Positions 12,438-24,656 of a stretch of 64,000 nucleotides of DNA are shown here, one piece after another; the stretch's first letter is position 1; every line of letters begins with the position of its first letter. Made by a program: the position numbers and the translations under genes. The stretch lies in contig NC_086118.1 of the NCBI RefSeq assembly GCF_963921235.1, forward strand, positions 23,748,001 to 23,812,000, given 5' to 3'. Source of the DNA: Mobula hypostoma (lineage: Eukaryota). The notes under the pieces were generated by a model. The model did no database searches and had not been told where the DNA came from. It worked only from the letters and a program-made list of their open reading frames with translations.

Positions 12438-12605
12438 CGCTTTCAAATCTCTTACTAGCTCTTCCTTCAGTTAGTCCTGATGAGGGGTCTCGGCCCGAAA
12501 CGTCGACTGTACCTCTTCCTAGAGATGCTGCCTGGCCTGCTGCGTTTGCCAGCAACTTTGATGTGTGTTGCTTGAATTTCCAGCATCTGCAGATTTCCTC
12601 GTGTT
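12438..12605 (+). mobile_element. Short Penelope tail insertion
   Basis: 13-bp TSD TTTGTTGTCACCT at 12425-12437 and 12606-12618. Confidence 0.9.
12473..12508 (+). ncRNA. Minimal type I hammerhead ribozyme, intact core
   Basis: Helix I AGTC/GACT, CTGATGA, helix II GGGT-CTCG-GCCC, GAAA, palindromic ACGT as helix III, GTC cleavage triplet ending at 12504. Confidence 0.85.
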
Positions 12606-12639
12606 TTTGTTGTCACCTATATCATTTGGTTTCACTTTG

Positions 12640-13520
12640 TTGAAGGACACCTTCAACTTCTCCCAGCTGCTGTCAATGGTTCTCACCAGCTTCAGAAGGG
12701 TATCAATCATCCCAATGTCCAAGAAGAGCAGGGTAAGCTAACTCAATGATTATTATCCAGTAGCACTCAATCTATTTGCATGAAGTGCTTTGGTCATAGC
12801 TAAAATTGGCTAAAAGTGGACATAATCTCACAGGCTCTCCACTCCACCCTGGGGCACATGGACAACAGCAACACATACACCAGGGTGCTATTTACAGCTC
12901 AGTGTTCAACACGATTATCCTATCAGTACTAATCAACGTGCACCAACAGCTGGGCCTCTGGACCACCCTCTGCAACTAGATTTTTGACATCCTGAAAGGG
13001 AGACCATGATCAGTCCAAATTGGTAATAACATCTCCTCATTGACAATCAACACAGGCTTACCTCAAGGATGTTTGCTTAACCCACTGCTCTACTCTCTCT
13101 ACACTCATGGCTATGTGGCTATACGCAACTCAAATGGCATCTATAAATTTGCAGATGACACCACTGTTGCCAGAATCTCAAATGGCGAATTCTCTAGATA
13201 TGTGGCACAAAAAGTAGGGTATACAGCCCAGTCCATCTTGTGTAAAGCGCTCACTATTATTGAGCACATCTACACAAATGTTGTTACAGGAAAGCAGCAT
13301 CCATCATCAGGGACCAACACCACCTGGAAATATGCTCTCCTCTTGCTGCTGCCATCAGGAGGCAGGTACAGGAGCCTCAGGACACACACACCAACAGGTT
13401 TAGGAACAGTTATCATCCCTCAACCATCAGGCTCTTGAACCAAAGGTGATAACTTCACTTGCCCCAGCGATGAAATATTCCCAGAACCTATGGACTCATT
13501 TATAAGGTTCTCAGTATTTA
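12640..13520 (+). mobile_element. Rex1/Babar-like LINE fragment; tail resumes at about 14696-14900 after the L1
   Basis: TGLPQGCLLNPLLYSLYTHG..IYKFADDTT; LLPSGGRYRSL. Confidence 0.85.
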
Positions 13521-13530
13521 TTTCTTATTT

Positions 13531-14203
13531 CTTTCTTTCAAATCTTTTTATTGTATATATATATAGGAAAAATAACATAAGTACATCGAAGTAACAACAC
13601 TTACAATGCCTCAAAAAAAACCCACCATCTTAAAGATTGAAAACAAAATTTTGTGATAACAAAAAAAAAACCTACTAAGCAGGAAAGTGAGAAAAAAAAG
13701 AGAACCTATTAGGTGTACAACCCCGGAGTCATGCGTCATACAAAAAGCTTCTAAAAATAAACATCAAATCGCCAGCAAGAAAAGAAAATATACTAAAAGA
13801 GTTTACAATTAGATCGTGGAAAAATGATATCAATTAACTCAAATGATAATAATGAGCAAATGAGCCCCATCTTTTCTCAAAATCAAATAAAGGTTCAAAG
13901 GTTCGACTTCTAATTTTCTCCAAACTAAGACATAGCATCACTTGAGAGAACCATTGTGACAAAGTGGGAGCTGATGTATCCTTCCACTTCAACAAAATGG
14001 CCCTCCTAGATATCAATGTAACAAATGCAATAACATGTTGGTCAGACACAGAAATACCATGAATATTTGGAGGAACTATTCCAAAAAGCACAGTTAATTT
14101 ATTAGGTTGTAAATTAATTTTAAGTGCTTTAGAAATTGTTGAGAAAACCGACTTCCAGAACTGTTCCAATATAGAACAAGACCAAAACATATGTGTCAGT
14201 GTA
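13531..14203 (-). mobile_element. L1-clade LINE 3' end (sense part of a 5'-inverted copy)
   Basis: ORF2 C-terminus THMFWSC..FW..ILLKWKD..W..LEKIR; 3' UTR and A-rich tail at 13531-13550. Confidence 0.9.
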
Positions 14204-14686
14204 TTAATTCTTTTTTGGATTTATTTAAAGAGATAGATTGATGTCCTTTGAACAATTAACTGATAAATATTCTCTTTCATATTCACACTTTTTGCAATAC
14301 CTTCAAGTTAGACATTTTTTACAAAAATATTTAAGTAATTTCCCTTACATATTGGAGGCTGACCTGTTAGATACTATTATGAGTATGAATCCTTTGATTA
14401 AGGGTTCTATTGGAAGAATTTATAATTTATTATTACAATGGGATAAGCATCCTTTGTCTAAGATTAAACAGGATTGGGAAAAGGAACTTAATTTGACTTT
14501 TATGACGGAGGATTGGATGCGGATATTGAAGTTGGTTAACTCTTCTTCAATTTGTGCTAGCCATTCATTGATTCAATTAAAATTGTACATCATTATCATT
14601 TGACAAAGGAGAGACTTTCTAAAATTTTTCCTAATGTTGATAATCATTGTGATAGATGTAAAACTGAGATAGCTACGCTGACACAT
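14204..14686 (+). mobile_element. Inverted upstream part of the same L1
   Basis: SFEQL..YSL..HFLQYLQVRHF..WEKEL..CDRCKTEIATLTH joins directly to MFWSC on the opposite strand, completing the CCHC motif. Confidence 0.9.
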
Positions 14687-14899
14687 TTCTTATTTATTTA
14701 TTTTTATCATTTCCTTCTTTTTGTATTTTCACAGTTTGTTTTCTTTTATACAATGGTTGAATGCCCAAACTGGAACCGTCTTTCATTTATTCCATTATGG
14801 TTATTATTCTAATATGAATTTATTGAATATGCCCATAAGAAAATGAATCTCAGGGAAACATATAGTGACATATATGTTCAATAAATTTACTTTGATAAT

Positions 14900-15665
14900 T
14901 TACTCTGAGGTGCACAGGTGTGAGTTAGACCAACTGGTTCAGTGGTGTTACAACAACAGCCCCACATTCAACACCAGAAATATCAAGGGGATGTTGGGAG
15001 AACACACAATCGTCCTCACTGAAGGGTTAGCAGTGGAAAGAGTAGGTGGCTTCAGGTTTCTGGGCGTCAGCATCTCAGAAGACTTAACCAGGGCCTACCA
15101 CATTGATTCCATCCTGAAGAAAGCATGACAGTAACTTTATTTCATAAGGAGTTTGAGATTTGGTGTGTTACGAAACATTCTTTCAAATCTCTACAGATGT
15201 AGAGTGGTGAGCATTCTGACTGGTTATATTATTGCCTGGTCTTGATCTTCCAGAATGCAGGATTTAAAGAGGGCTGCAGGGTTGTAGGCTCAACCAGCTC
15301 CATCACAGGTATAACCTTCTGCATCATAGAGGTCATCTTCAAGAAGCAGTGCTACTAAAAAACAGGACATCCATCATTAAGGACCCTCATAATCTTGGAC
15401 ATGTCTTCTTCTCATTACCACCATTGGGGCGGATGTAGAGAAGCCTGAAGACACACACTTAACATTTTATGAGCAGTTTTTTCCGCTTTAAGAAATCAGA
15501 TTTCGAAAAAGTCCATGAAACCACGAACACTACCTCATTAATCCTCTCTCACACTATTTATTTATTTATTTGTAACTCACAGTAATTTTTATATCTTAAA
15601 CTATTGCTGCTGAAAAAAAAAGTTTCAAAATGTATGTCAGTAATAATAGACTTGAGACTGTTTCT
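14900..15665 (+). mobile_element. Rex1/Babar-like LINE 3' fragment
   Basis: LVQWCYNN..VERVGGFRFLGVSISEDL. Confidence 0.75.
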
Positions 15666-16004
15666 GATGTTCTGCAGGAACATTGTAACCTTGTCACTTG
15701 TCATGCATTGATGCATTTAGGAAATCAACAACATTCGAGTGAATTCAAAGGGAATATTTCATGACAAAGAATAATTTCTTTTAAGGCAATAATTCATACA
15801 AAGCGTCATGAGACCATTTACCCAAAATTAAATATTTTATTTCATACGTTTATATATGCGGTTCACAAGCAAGCAGAGTCTCAGGCAATGTGGTTTCAAC
15901 GAATACATTCCTGAAGGTGGACAGTATAATCTCATTTTAAAAACTCAAAATAGAAACTGCATAATAAGCAAAAAAATATCACTTTTGGTAATGTGTTGTG
16001 CTCC

Positions 16005-16600
16005 AACAATAAATTAACATGCAAGTGCAGTGTGCATTTAGAAAGGCGAATGGTTTGTTAGCAAGTTTGCACAAGATTTAAAAAAATATTATTTTATTTA
16101 ATATGTTTATATACATGGTTCATAAAAGGGATGAGTTACAGTCATAGAGTTGAACAGCACAAAAACAGGTCCTTGTAGTACAAGGATAAAGGAGGTATTG
16201 CTATTATATCAATTCCTGGTAAAGCTGCACCTGAAGGGTTCCATGTTTGCTTCTAGCACTCATTAAATAATGAAGGTTCGCTATCTTGTGAACCTTCAGA
16301 AGATCATACCTGGAATTAGAATGAGAGGTTATCTCTTTGAAATATGCCCAAGTCTTATTGGGGTAACATTAGGAGAAAGTAGGCCTGGATGAACAAGGTC
16401 GAAAGATAATTAACATCTTACAACCAAGCTGAGGGGAATTGTCTCATTCTTAGTGTTGCTTATCCCTGTACGCCTTGCTGCAGATGGAACAATTGTTAAG
16501 TATATTCAGTTTGGTGACTAATAGTTTTTTTTGATACAAAGTGATTTCAAGGGATTTGGAGATAGGGGGAAGCTGGATCTGTCATGTTCTAACTGAATGT
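16005..16600 (+). mobile_element. Highly decayed CR1 LINE 3' fragment
   Basis: CATGCAAGTGCAG..AGAAAGGCGAATGGT.TGTTAGC resembles the CR1 at 48955-50450. Confidence 0.5.
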
Positions 16601-16611
16601 TAATGTAGGCT

Positions 16612-17285
16612 CACAAACACGAGGAAATCTGCAGATGCTGGAATTTCAAGCAACACAGATAAAAGTTGCTGGTGAACGCAGCAGGCCAGGCAGCATCTAT
16701 AGGAAGAGGTACAGTCAACGTTTCGGGCCAAGACCCTTCGTCAGGACTAACTGAAAGAAGAGCTAGTAAGAGATTTGAAAGTGGGAGGGGGAGGGGGAGA
16801 TCTGAAATGATAGGAGAAGACGGGGGGTGGAGTGGGTGGTGGGATGGAGCCAAGAACTGGACAGGTGATTGGCAAAAGGGATATGAGAGGTTCATGGGAC
16901 AGGAGGCCTAGGGAGAAAGAAGAGGGGTGGGGGGGAAGCCCAGAGGATGGGCAAGGGGTATAGTGAGAGGGGCAGAGGGAGAAAAAGGAGAGAGAGAAAA
17001 ATAATGTGTGTATATAAATAAATAACGGAGGGGGTGCGAAGGGGAGGTGGAACATTAGCAGAAGTATGAGAAGTCAATGTTCATGCCATCAGGTTGGAGG
17101 CTACCCAGACAAAATATAAGGTGTTGTTCCTCCAACCTGAGTGTGGCTTCATCTTTACAGTGGAGGAGGCATAGACATATCAGAATGGGAATGGGACATG
17201 GAATTAAAATGTGTGGCCACTGGGAGATCCTGCTTTCTCTGGCGGACAGAGCATAGATGTTCAGTGAAATGATCTCCCAGTCTCA
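16612..17285 (-). mobile_element. Penelope 3' fragment (GIY-YIG end plus tail)
   Basis: RLGDHFTEHLCSVRQRKQDLPVATHFN; colinear with 10510-11122. Confidence 0.92.
16713..16748 (-). ncRNA. Minimal type I hammerhead ribozyme, intact core
   Basis: Reverse complement AGTC-CTGACGA-AGGGTCTTGGCCC-GAAAC-GTT-GACT. Confidence 0.82.
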
Positions 17286-17920
17286 AAGGTTTACCAGAAA
17301 TACTTCCGTACCTACACATTATGCTCTTCATGGATTGTGATGTGCAGATCAATCGTACAATAAACTACATAATGGGATATCAAAGTAACTTAAAAAATGC
17401 TGATGTTTAAGTTAATACAGAAAGTGCAACTTACATATTTTGCTCCCTGGTTTCCTAATTCAATTGTGATCTTTAATAGAAAATTACGATGAAAATAGAA
17501 AGCACTTGTTTGAGCAACTATCAACTGATTGTACTAAGCAAACACATGAAATGGTTTCAGCAAGGAACTCCAGTCAATAAAATAAAACAATAGTCTTACA
17601 GGAATGCAAACATGTTTGTGTGTGGCTACAGTAAAGATCACTCTTGTTATCCATTGTCATCAGAAATGGAATGAGTCATCGGGTTAAGTGTGTGTAAATG
17701 GAGGTCCTTTGAGCTTCAAAGTATAAAAGAATAGAGGAACTGTTTAAACTGAATCATCAAATCCTCATTTGCTGTGGTACTTTAAGTAAAGTAATCCTAT
17801 TGGCAAGTACAAACGAATAAAGAGTAAAGCTAAGAAAGCAATTAAATTGACCGGTACTTTCAATACTCCTTCGGTCAACATCTTCTGGATGGATTATGCA
17901 ACCATAAATTTCACTTCTTT

Positions 17921-18529
17921 GCAACACACATCAAGGTTGCTGGTGAACGGAGCAGGCTAGGCAGCATCTCTAGGCAGAGGTACAGTTGACGTTTCGGGCT
18001 GAGACCCTTCGTCAGGACTTACTGAAGGAAGAGTGGGAGGGGGAGGGGGAGATCCAAAATGATAGGAGAAGACAGGAGGGGGAGGGATGGAGCCAAGAGC
18101 TGGACAGGTGATTGGCAAAAGGGATATGAGAGGATCATGGGACAGGAGGCCTAGGGAGAAAGACAAGGGGGGTGAGGGAACCCTGAGGATGGGCAAGGGG
18201 TATAGTCAGAGGGACAGAGGGAGAAAAAGGAGAGTGAGAGAAAGAATGTGTGTATATAAATAACAGATGGGGTACGAGGGGGAGGTGGGGCATTAGCGGA
18301 AGTTAGAGAGGTCAATGTTCATGCCATCAGGTTGGAGGCTACCCAGACGGAATATAAGGTGTTGTTCCTCCAACCTGAGTGTGGCTTCATCTTTACAGTA
18401 GAGGAGGCATAGACAGATCAGAATGGGAATGGGATATGGAATTAAAATGTGTGGCCACTGGGAGATCCTGTTTTCTCTGGCAGACAGAGCGTAGGTGTTC
18501 AGCGAAACAATCTTCCAGTCTGTGTCGGG
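17921..18529 (-). mobile_element. Penelope 3' fragment
   Basis: Colinear with 16612-17285; 10-bp TSD TCACTTCTTT at 17911-17920 and 18530-18539. Confidence 0.92.
17984..18019 (-). ncRNA. Minimal hammerhead ribozyme, intact core, weakened helix I
   Basis: Reverse complement AGTC-CTGACGA-AGGGTCTCAGCCC-GAAAC-GTC-AACT. Confidence 0.72.
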
Positions 18530-18539
18530 TCACTTCTTT

Positions 18540-19285
18540 TATGCCTTTTATGTTTGCTTTTCATCTTGAACGTGATTCTGGAACTGTTGGAGCCTGTGAT
18601 TTGTAGTTTGGAGGTTGTTTGGGTGCTTTAGCGTTCTGCAGTCTCTCAGAGGATTCCGGGAGTCAGAGGCAGCGTGTGTGAACCCCATAGTGGGCAGGCT
18701 GCAGAGCCTAGCACGAGCTGATGATTGACGCTGATTTTTCGCTGATTAAAGCTTCCATTGTGCGCCCATTAAAGCAACGAAGGAGATTGAAGCATCAAGG
18801 TGAGTGCCAGCTGCCAGCTTTTTGATTGCTCTGTACCAGAGAGAAAGAGACCCTACTGCTGTGCTTGGAGAGCGTTACCTAGGTTTTCTGCGTTTTGGAT
18901 GTGGACTTGGACTATAGACATTTGTTTTGGTCCCATAGTTTTTTATATTCTGTGTTTCTCACCTGATCTTTCTCTTCTTTTTTGTGTGGGAAGGGGGATT
19001 TGGGTTTTGTTGTGCCTGTTCCATTCTGGGTTTTTTTTGTGTGTGTATGAGGAGGGATTTAGGGGTTGATGTGCCTGTTCAGATTTTGTTTGTTTCTTTT
19101 TTTGCGCAGGAGGAAGGATTTGGGGGTTGTTGTGCCGGTTTCATTATTTGTTCAGTTTTTTGTGTGGAGAGGTGGGATTTGGGGGTTGACGATCACACTG
19201 CCTTTCCTTTTATTCTTGGTTTCATGGCTTCCTGAAGAAGAAGAATTTCAAGTTGTATACTTTAATAATAAATGATCTTTTGAAA
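18540..19285 (+). mobile_element. Non-coding non-autonomous retroelement with LINE-type 3' tail and four internal ~55-65 bp repeats
   Basis: Tail GAAGAATTTCAAGTTGTATACTTTAATAATAAA resembles the Rex1-like tails; repeat unit TTTTTGTGTG..GGGATTTGGGGGTTG.TGTGCC at 18979-19195; 5' edge uncertain. Confidence 0.55.
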
Positions 19286-20699
19286 AGTGACTTTTACACT
19301 TAGAAAGACAGAACTACTTTTGATTTGAACTTAGTAAATACCTGATCTGACAATGATCCCCTGCCAAGGACAGAAATGTACATCACACTCTCAGTCATAT
19401 TAGAATTCAGATTCCAACCCAAATAATCTCCACTTAGTCATACTCTCAACTTTATCAGGCAGAAATTGCTATTTGATAGCTCACATCTTGCAATATTCTT
19501 TATAAAATGTGTAAAAGAATCCTACAAGTTCATAAATTTTATTAATAAATTATTCCTCATCTTCATCAAACAACAGTCAGGTAGTAAAGCCACTAGATCA
19601 CTATCAAGAGGACCAAACCTTTGGTCTACAGTTATGAATCTTGAATGCCGGTATCTGTCATCTTCACTGTGAAATCTAACAAATTGTTATAAAAATCTGT
19701 CCAATTTACCATTCATCTTTAGAGAATTAAACCTGTCCCCTCTCTGCAGTCTAACCCATACACAACTCCTGACAGACTGCTAAGGATGGACAATAAGAGT
19801 CATAAAATGAACAGTTAATTAGTTCAGTTTATGTAATGCCTTTGAACATATACTGTAAGTATCTACAGTGTTTCAAGAGCATTGTCATTTAAAAAAATGC
19901 TCATGATTCATGATAGAGTAGGCAGCCATGAGACGGATCAAACAAGAACACTTTTAAGAGGAAGCAGCAAGATAAAGAAAACATTCATAAAAACAATTGC
20001 AGATTATAAGGACTTGGCAGCTGTAGAGTGATTAACTTTGGGAATGAGCAGGCGGAGGGAAATAGAGGGAGCACAGATAATACTTAGTACTAGGAGGAAA
20101 TTAGAGATTGGGAAATATAAGATCAAGAAGTAAATTGAAAATAAGGACAACAATTTTAAAACTGAAACATTCCTTATCTGCGAACCAAAGTTGTTCAGCA
20201 GGTTAAAAAAATATGTTTCAAATATAACTGTGACAAAACCTGTGGTGATATATAGCTGCTTCTCTTTTTCCATCTTGTTTTTAACATAACAAATTGATGT
20301 GAACAGATTTACATACAGTAAGTCTCCCAATTCATATTTCAATAATATACTTAATGTTAGAATTTAATAGTTTGGTTTTAAGCAAATGTTGATCCCAATT
20401 TATCAAAATGTTTCCTAATTATTTTACCAAACACTGTTATATTGTGTTTGTAGTACTATATATATAAACTCATTTCTAATTGTATTCTGGTTAAGATAGC
20501 ATGTTCTGGTGTTCTACAGCTGTGCTATCCAACCACATCCAAATGAAGCAAATTTAATTGAATAGGGAGAAATGAGTATTGGGGGGGGGTACATTAATTT
20601 CAACAGATCTGTACTGCCCATAGCAGATTCATAAGGCATTGTTATGGCAGCTCAGAAGAACACTATTAATAAATGAGATATTTTAAAACTCTAAGTCCC

Positions 20700-21390
20700 A
20701 GTTGCAACAAAATAGTCAATATGGCTCAGTCCATTGTGGGTAAAGCCCTACCCACCACTGAGCACATCTACATGGCGTGTTGTCACAGCAAAGCAGCATC
20801 CATCATAAGGGAACAGCACCATCCAGGTCTTGCTCTCTTCTCGCTGCTGCCATCAGAAAGAAGCTACAGGAGCCTCAAGACTCTCGCCGCCAAGTTCAGA
20901 AACAGTTATTACCCCTCGACCATCAGGCTCTTGTACCAGAGGAGATAACTTCATTCAACTTCACTTGCCCCATCACTGAACTATTCCCGCAACCTATAGA
21001 CTCATTTCCAAGGATTCTCCTGCTAATGTTTTTGATACTTATTGCCTATGTAATTATTTATTATTATTTCTTTTTTTTCTTTTTCTCTTTCCAGTTTGTT
21101 GTCTTTTGCACACTGGTGCGGTCTTTCATTGGTTCATTGAAGAAGGGTCTCGGCCCAAAATGTCAACTCTCTGTTCACTTCCATAGATGCTGCCTGACCT
21201 GCTGAGTTCCTCCAGCATTTTGTATGTGTTGCTTTGGGTTTCCAGCATCTGCAGACTTTCTTGTGTTTATCATTTCATTGATTCTATTATGTTTAATGAG
21301 TATGCCTGGAAATAAATGAATCTCAGGGTTTATACAATGACATATATGTACTTTGATTTTAAAAATTACTTTGAACTTTGAACTTTTGAA
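20700..21390 (+). mobile_element. Rex1/Babar-like LINE 3' end containing a decayed Penelope tail (about 21135-21270)
   Basis: HPGLALFSLLPSERSYRSL..FRNSYYPSTIRLL; (TTTGAAC)n tail; insert flanked by TTTCATTG(G/A)TTC. Confidence 0.8.
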
Positions 21391-21394
21391 TATT

Positions 21395-22512
21395 TAGCTT
21401 ATCAGCTGGTTGAGTGGTGTCACGACAACAACCTTGCACTCAATGTCCATAAGAACTGATGGTGGATTTCAGAAAGGGTAAGATACGGGCAAATACATTC
21501 GTCGTCATAGAGGAATCAGAAATGGAAACTGAGCAACTTTAAGTTTCTGGGTATCAATATCGCTGAGGATCTATCATTGACCCAAGATATCAATGTAGCT
21601 ACAAAGAAGGCCCGACAGCAGCTATATTTCATCAGGAATTTGAGGAGAATTGGTATGTCACCAAAGACACTTGCAAATTTCTACAGATGTACCATGGAGA
21701 GCATCTTAACTTGCTGCATCATCGTCTGGTATCGGGGTGGGGTGTTGGTAGTGCTACTGCTGCTGCACAGGATAGAGATAAGCTGCAGAGAGCTGTAAAC
21801 TCAGTCAGCTCCATCATGGGCACTAGCCTCCAGAACATCCAAGACATCTTCAAGGAGTGATGCCTCAAAAAACCAGCATCCATCATTAAGGATGCTCATC
21901 ACCCAGGTCATGTCTTGTTCTCATTGCTACCATCCTGAAGGTACACACTCAATGATTCAGAAACAGCTCCTTCCCCTCTGCCACCCGATTTCTGAATGGG
22001 CATTGAACCCATGCACACTACCTCCCTACTTTATTTTGGCATTACTTATTTAATTTAATTATTATGTATATGCATACTTCAGTTCACGTTTTTCTCTATT
22101 ATTATGTATTGCATTGTGTTGGCGCGTGGCCAAGTGGTTAAGGCGTTCATATAGTGATCTGAAGGTTCCTAGTTCGAGCCTTGGCTGAGGCAGTGTGTTG
22201 TGTCCTTGAGCAAGGCACTTAACCACACATTGCTCTGCGACGACACCAGTGCCAAGCTGTATCGGCCCTAATGCCCTTCCCTTGGACAACATCGGTGGCC
22301 TGGAGAGGGGAGACCTGAAGCATGGGCAACTGTTGGTCTTCCATACAACCTTGCCCAGGCCTGTGCCCTGGAAACTTTCCAAGGTGCAAATCCATGGTCT
22401 CATGAGACTAATGGATGCCTTTCTATGTATTGCATCGTACTGCTGGCACAAAACAACACATTTTATGACATATGCTGGTGATATTAAAACTGATTCTGAT
22501 TCTGACTCTGAT
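21395..22512 (+). mobile_element. Rex1/Babar-like LINE 3' fragment, interrupted by a SINE
   Basis: KKARQQLYFIRNLRR..TLANFYRCTMESILT; (TCTGAT)n tail. Confidence 0.85.
22118..22423 (+). mobile_element. tRNA-derived SINE with CORE-like body and RTE-like tail
   Basis: Box A TGGCCAAGTGG, box B GTTCGAGCC, TGTGTCCTTGAGCAAGGCACTTAACC; TSD TATGTATTGCAT(T/C)GT at 22103-22117 and 22424-22438; second copy at 34613-34908. Confidence 0.88.
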
Positions 22513-22926
22513 TTGACTTCTTGTATATAATTAATTTATTTTTTAAAGTAAGCCTCTGAAGATGTGTTTTCCTGTGTGCCAGTGTCCCTATGTTACACAG
22601 TAACTTCATCACATTTGCTTTCCTTTACAAAAAGGTAAAAAAGCAGGAGGAGTTGACAATATGCTAACTGTCTGTGAGAATAGCTGGAGGAAAAGGTCTC
22701 ATGTAACATCCTGTGTTAAGCCTGTGAGTTTCTATACTTGCTGTGAATAACCCAGTTTGCAAGCCTGAGTGTTTCAATTGTGCTAAAATAGGTTTGTTAA
22801 AACAAAGGTAAATAGTACCTTTGGTCAGCTTTTAAACACTTACGACAAATTACATGTATTTAGCGATAACTAGAAGAATCTAAATTCTGAGAATGCTGTC
22901 GATCTCATACAATTACCCCTCCTTTT

Positions 22927-23492
22927 TAACCTTGTCAGCTTGTCATCTAATTGCATTTGTTACATTAATAGCCAGAAGATCCATTTTATTTAAATGAAAA
23001 GATTCTAATCCCCCCATTACAGTTCAATGGTTTTCCCAAACGATAGCATGACTAAATTTGGAAAAAATTAGGAGTGGTACCATGGATCCTTTGGTTAAAT
23101 TTGAAGAAACTTGGAGACCATTTATGCAATATTTTCATATGATATAAGTTGACCCTTTCTAAATCCTTTGTAGTAATTTTTTGTTCATGTATAGAGGAGC
23201 AGAGTTAACAACAAATGATAACTTTAGCAGATGTAATACGACAGCCCAAGCTTTGTTTCTTTTTTTTAGTTTACTTCTTTTTTTTTAGTTTTAGGGCGTT
23301 TCTTTTTTCTTTCTTTATAAAATATCTTTTTCATGGTTAGGTACTATGAGACTGGGAGGTTAAACTATATTTGTTACTTGGAATCGTGATTCTACATGTT
23401 AACTGTTATTATTGTAATCCCGATATCTATGTATTGTTACTATTATTATGTTTATTAATCTTGAAACTTAATAAAAAGATTGAAAAAGAAAG
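22927..23492 (+). mobile_element. 5'-truncated L1-clade LINE
   Basis: LIAFVTLIARRSIL..QWFSQ..LEKIRS homologous to 13834-14190; AATAAA and A-rich tail; 16-bp TSD AATTACCCCTCCTTTT at 22911-22926 and 23493-23508. Confidence 0.9.
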
Positions 23493-24109
23493 AATTACCC
23501 CTCCTTTTACCTTAGTATACATTACCTAAATGTCCTTTGGTCACTTGACTCCTGGATTATTGGTGGGAGTTTTCCACAATAGTTTGCAATCCAGTCATAT
23601 GCTGTCTATAGGCAGAGTTCGCAAGCAGCTATCCATGTATCTGATAACAAACGAGAAAGAAAGCCCACCTTTCCTTTCTCTGACCCACCCCCAAGCACAG
23701 AGGCCACTTAAACCCTCATCATAATTGTTGAGATTGGGAACCATACAAATTGTTTCTTTTTCCAAGTCACAGAGGCCTCGAAATCCTTAGTGCCGTTTTT
23801 CTTAACATGGAAATTAATTATTTCTAGAATGGAAAGGGAGTTGTGAATTTACTCTGTGTGTAAGTTGTGGTTGTAAGTTTGCAATATTTTTTTCCAGACA
23901 TACAAATGTGACCAGCTTTACAAAACTGAATAATAAGACACAAAGCATTTTTAGAGAGCTGGGTCATATCTCTTCTGATTTGGCTCGGGTTAACTATCCC
24001 CACATAGGTGTTTTATGACACAGGAGGTTCTGTAAGTATAGATGGCCTCATATAAAGGAATTAAGACAACACTGGACAATAAGTTCTGGGACACACTAAT
24101 TTATGAGCA

Positions 24110-24310
24110 GTGAAATGTTGCAGCTGGTATAATTGCTGCCTCACAGTTCCAATGACCAAGGTTCAATCTTCACCTTTGGTACTGTGCAGAGATCGCACAT
24201 TCTCCCATAGGTTTTGCTCTAGTGTTCTTATTTTTTCCAAAGGTGTGGGGGTTGGTAAAACAATTGACCATTGTACATAGCTCCTAGCAGGCACATTGTA
24301 GGATATGGGA
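24110..24310 (+). mobile_element. Decayed V-SINE (HE1-like)
   Basis: GCTGCCTCACAG..GGTTCAATC head followed by a decayed V-domain. Confidence 0.55.
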
Positions 24311-24359
24311 GAAGTTGATGGGAAGGAGGTTGAAGAAAAGTTTTCAGGGATGTTTATTT

Positions 24360-24656
24360 ACTTAGCAAAACAGTGCGGAGTAAGCCCTTCCGACTCTTTG
24401 AGTCCTGGTGACCCAGCGATCCCACAACTCCGACTAACCCTAACCTAATCACGGGACAATTTACAATGACCATTTAACCAACTCGGTATGTCTTTGGCCT
24501 GTGGGATGAGACTGGAGCATCCGGGGAAAACCCACACGTTCCACAGGAAGGATGTACAGAGACTCATCACAGAACAGCACTGGATTTGAACTCCAAACTC
24601 TGGAACACCCTGAGCTGTAATAGTGCCATGCGAACCACTACACTACTGTGGTGCTC
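24360..24656 (-). mobile_element. V-SINE
   Basis: Reverse complement contains GTGTGGGTTTTCCCCGGATGCTCCAGTCTCATCCCACAG.CCAAAGAC and a tRNA-like head. Confidence 0.75.

Noticed and set aside
12374..12643. Recurrent peptide PDEGSRPETSTVPLPRDAAWPA as a protein family
   Set aside because: It is the incidental translation of the non-coding hammerhead-containing Penelope tail
22120..22195. tRNA gene
   Set aside because: A/B boxes are present but there is no full cloverleaf; it continues into a SINE body with a TSD and has a second copy
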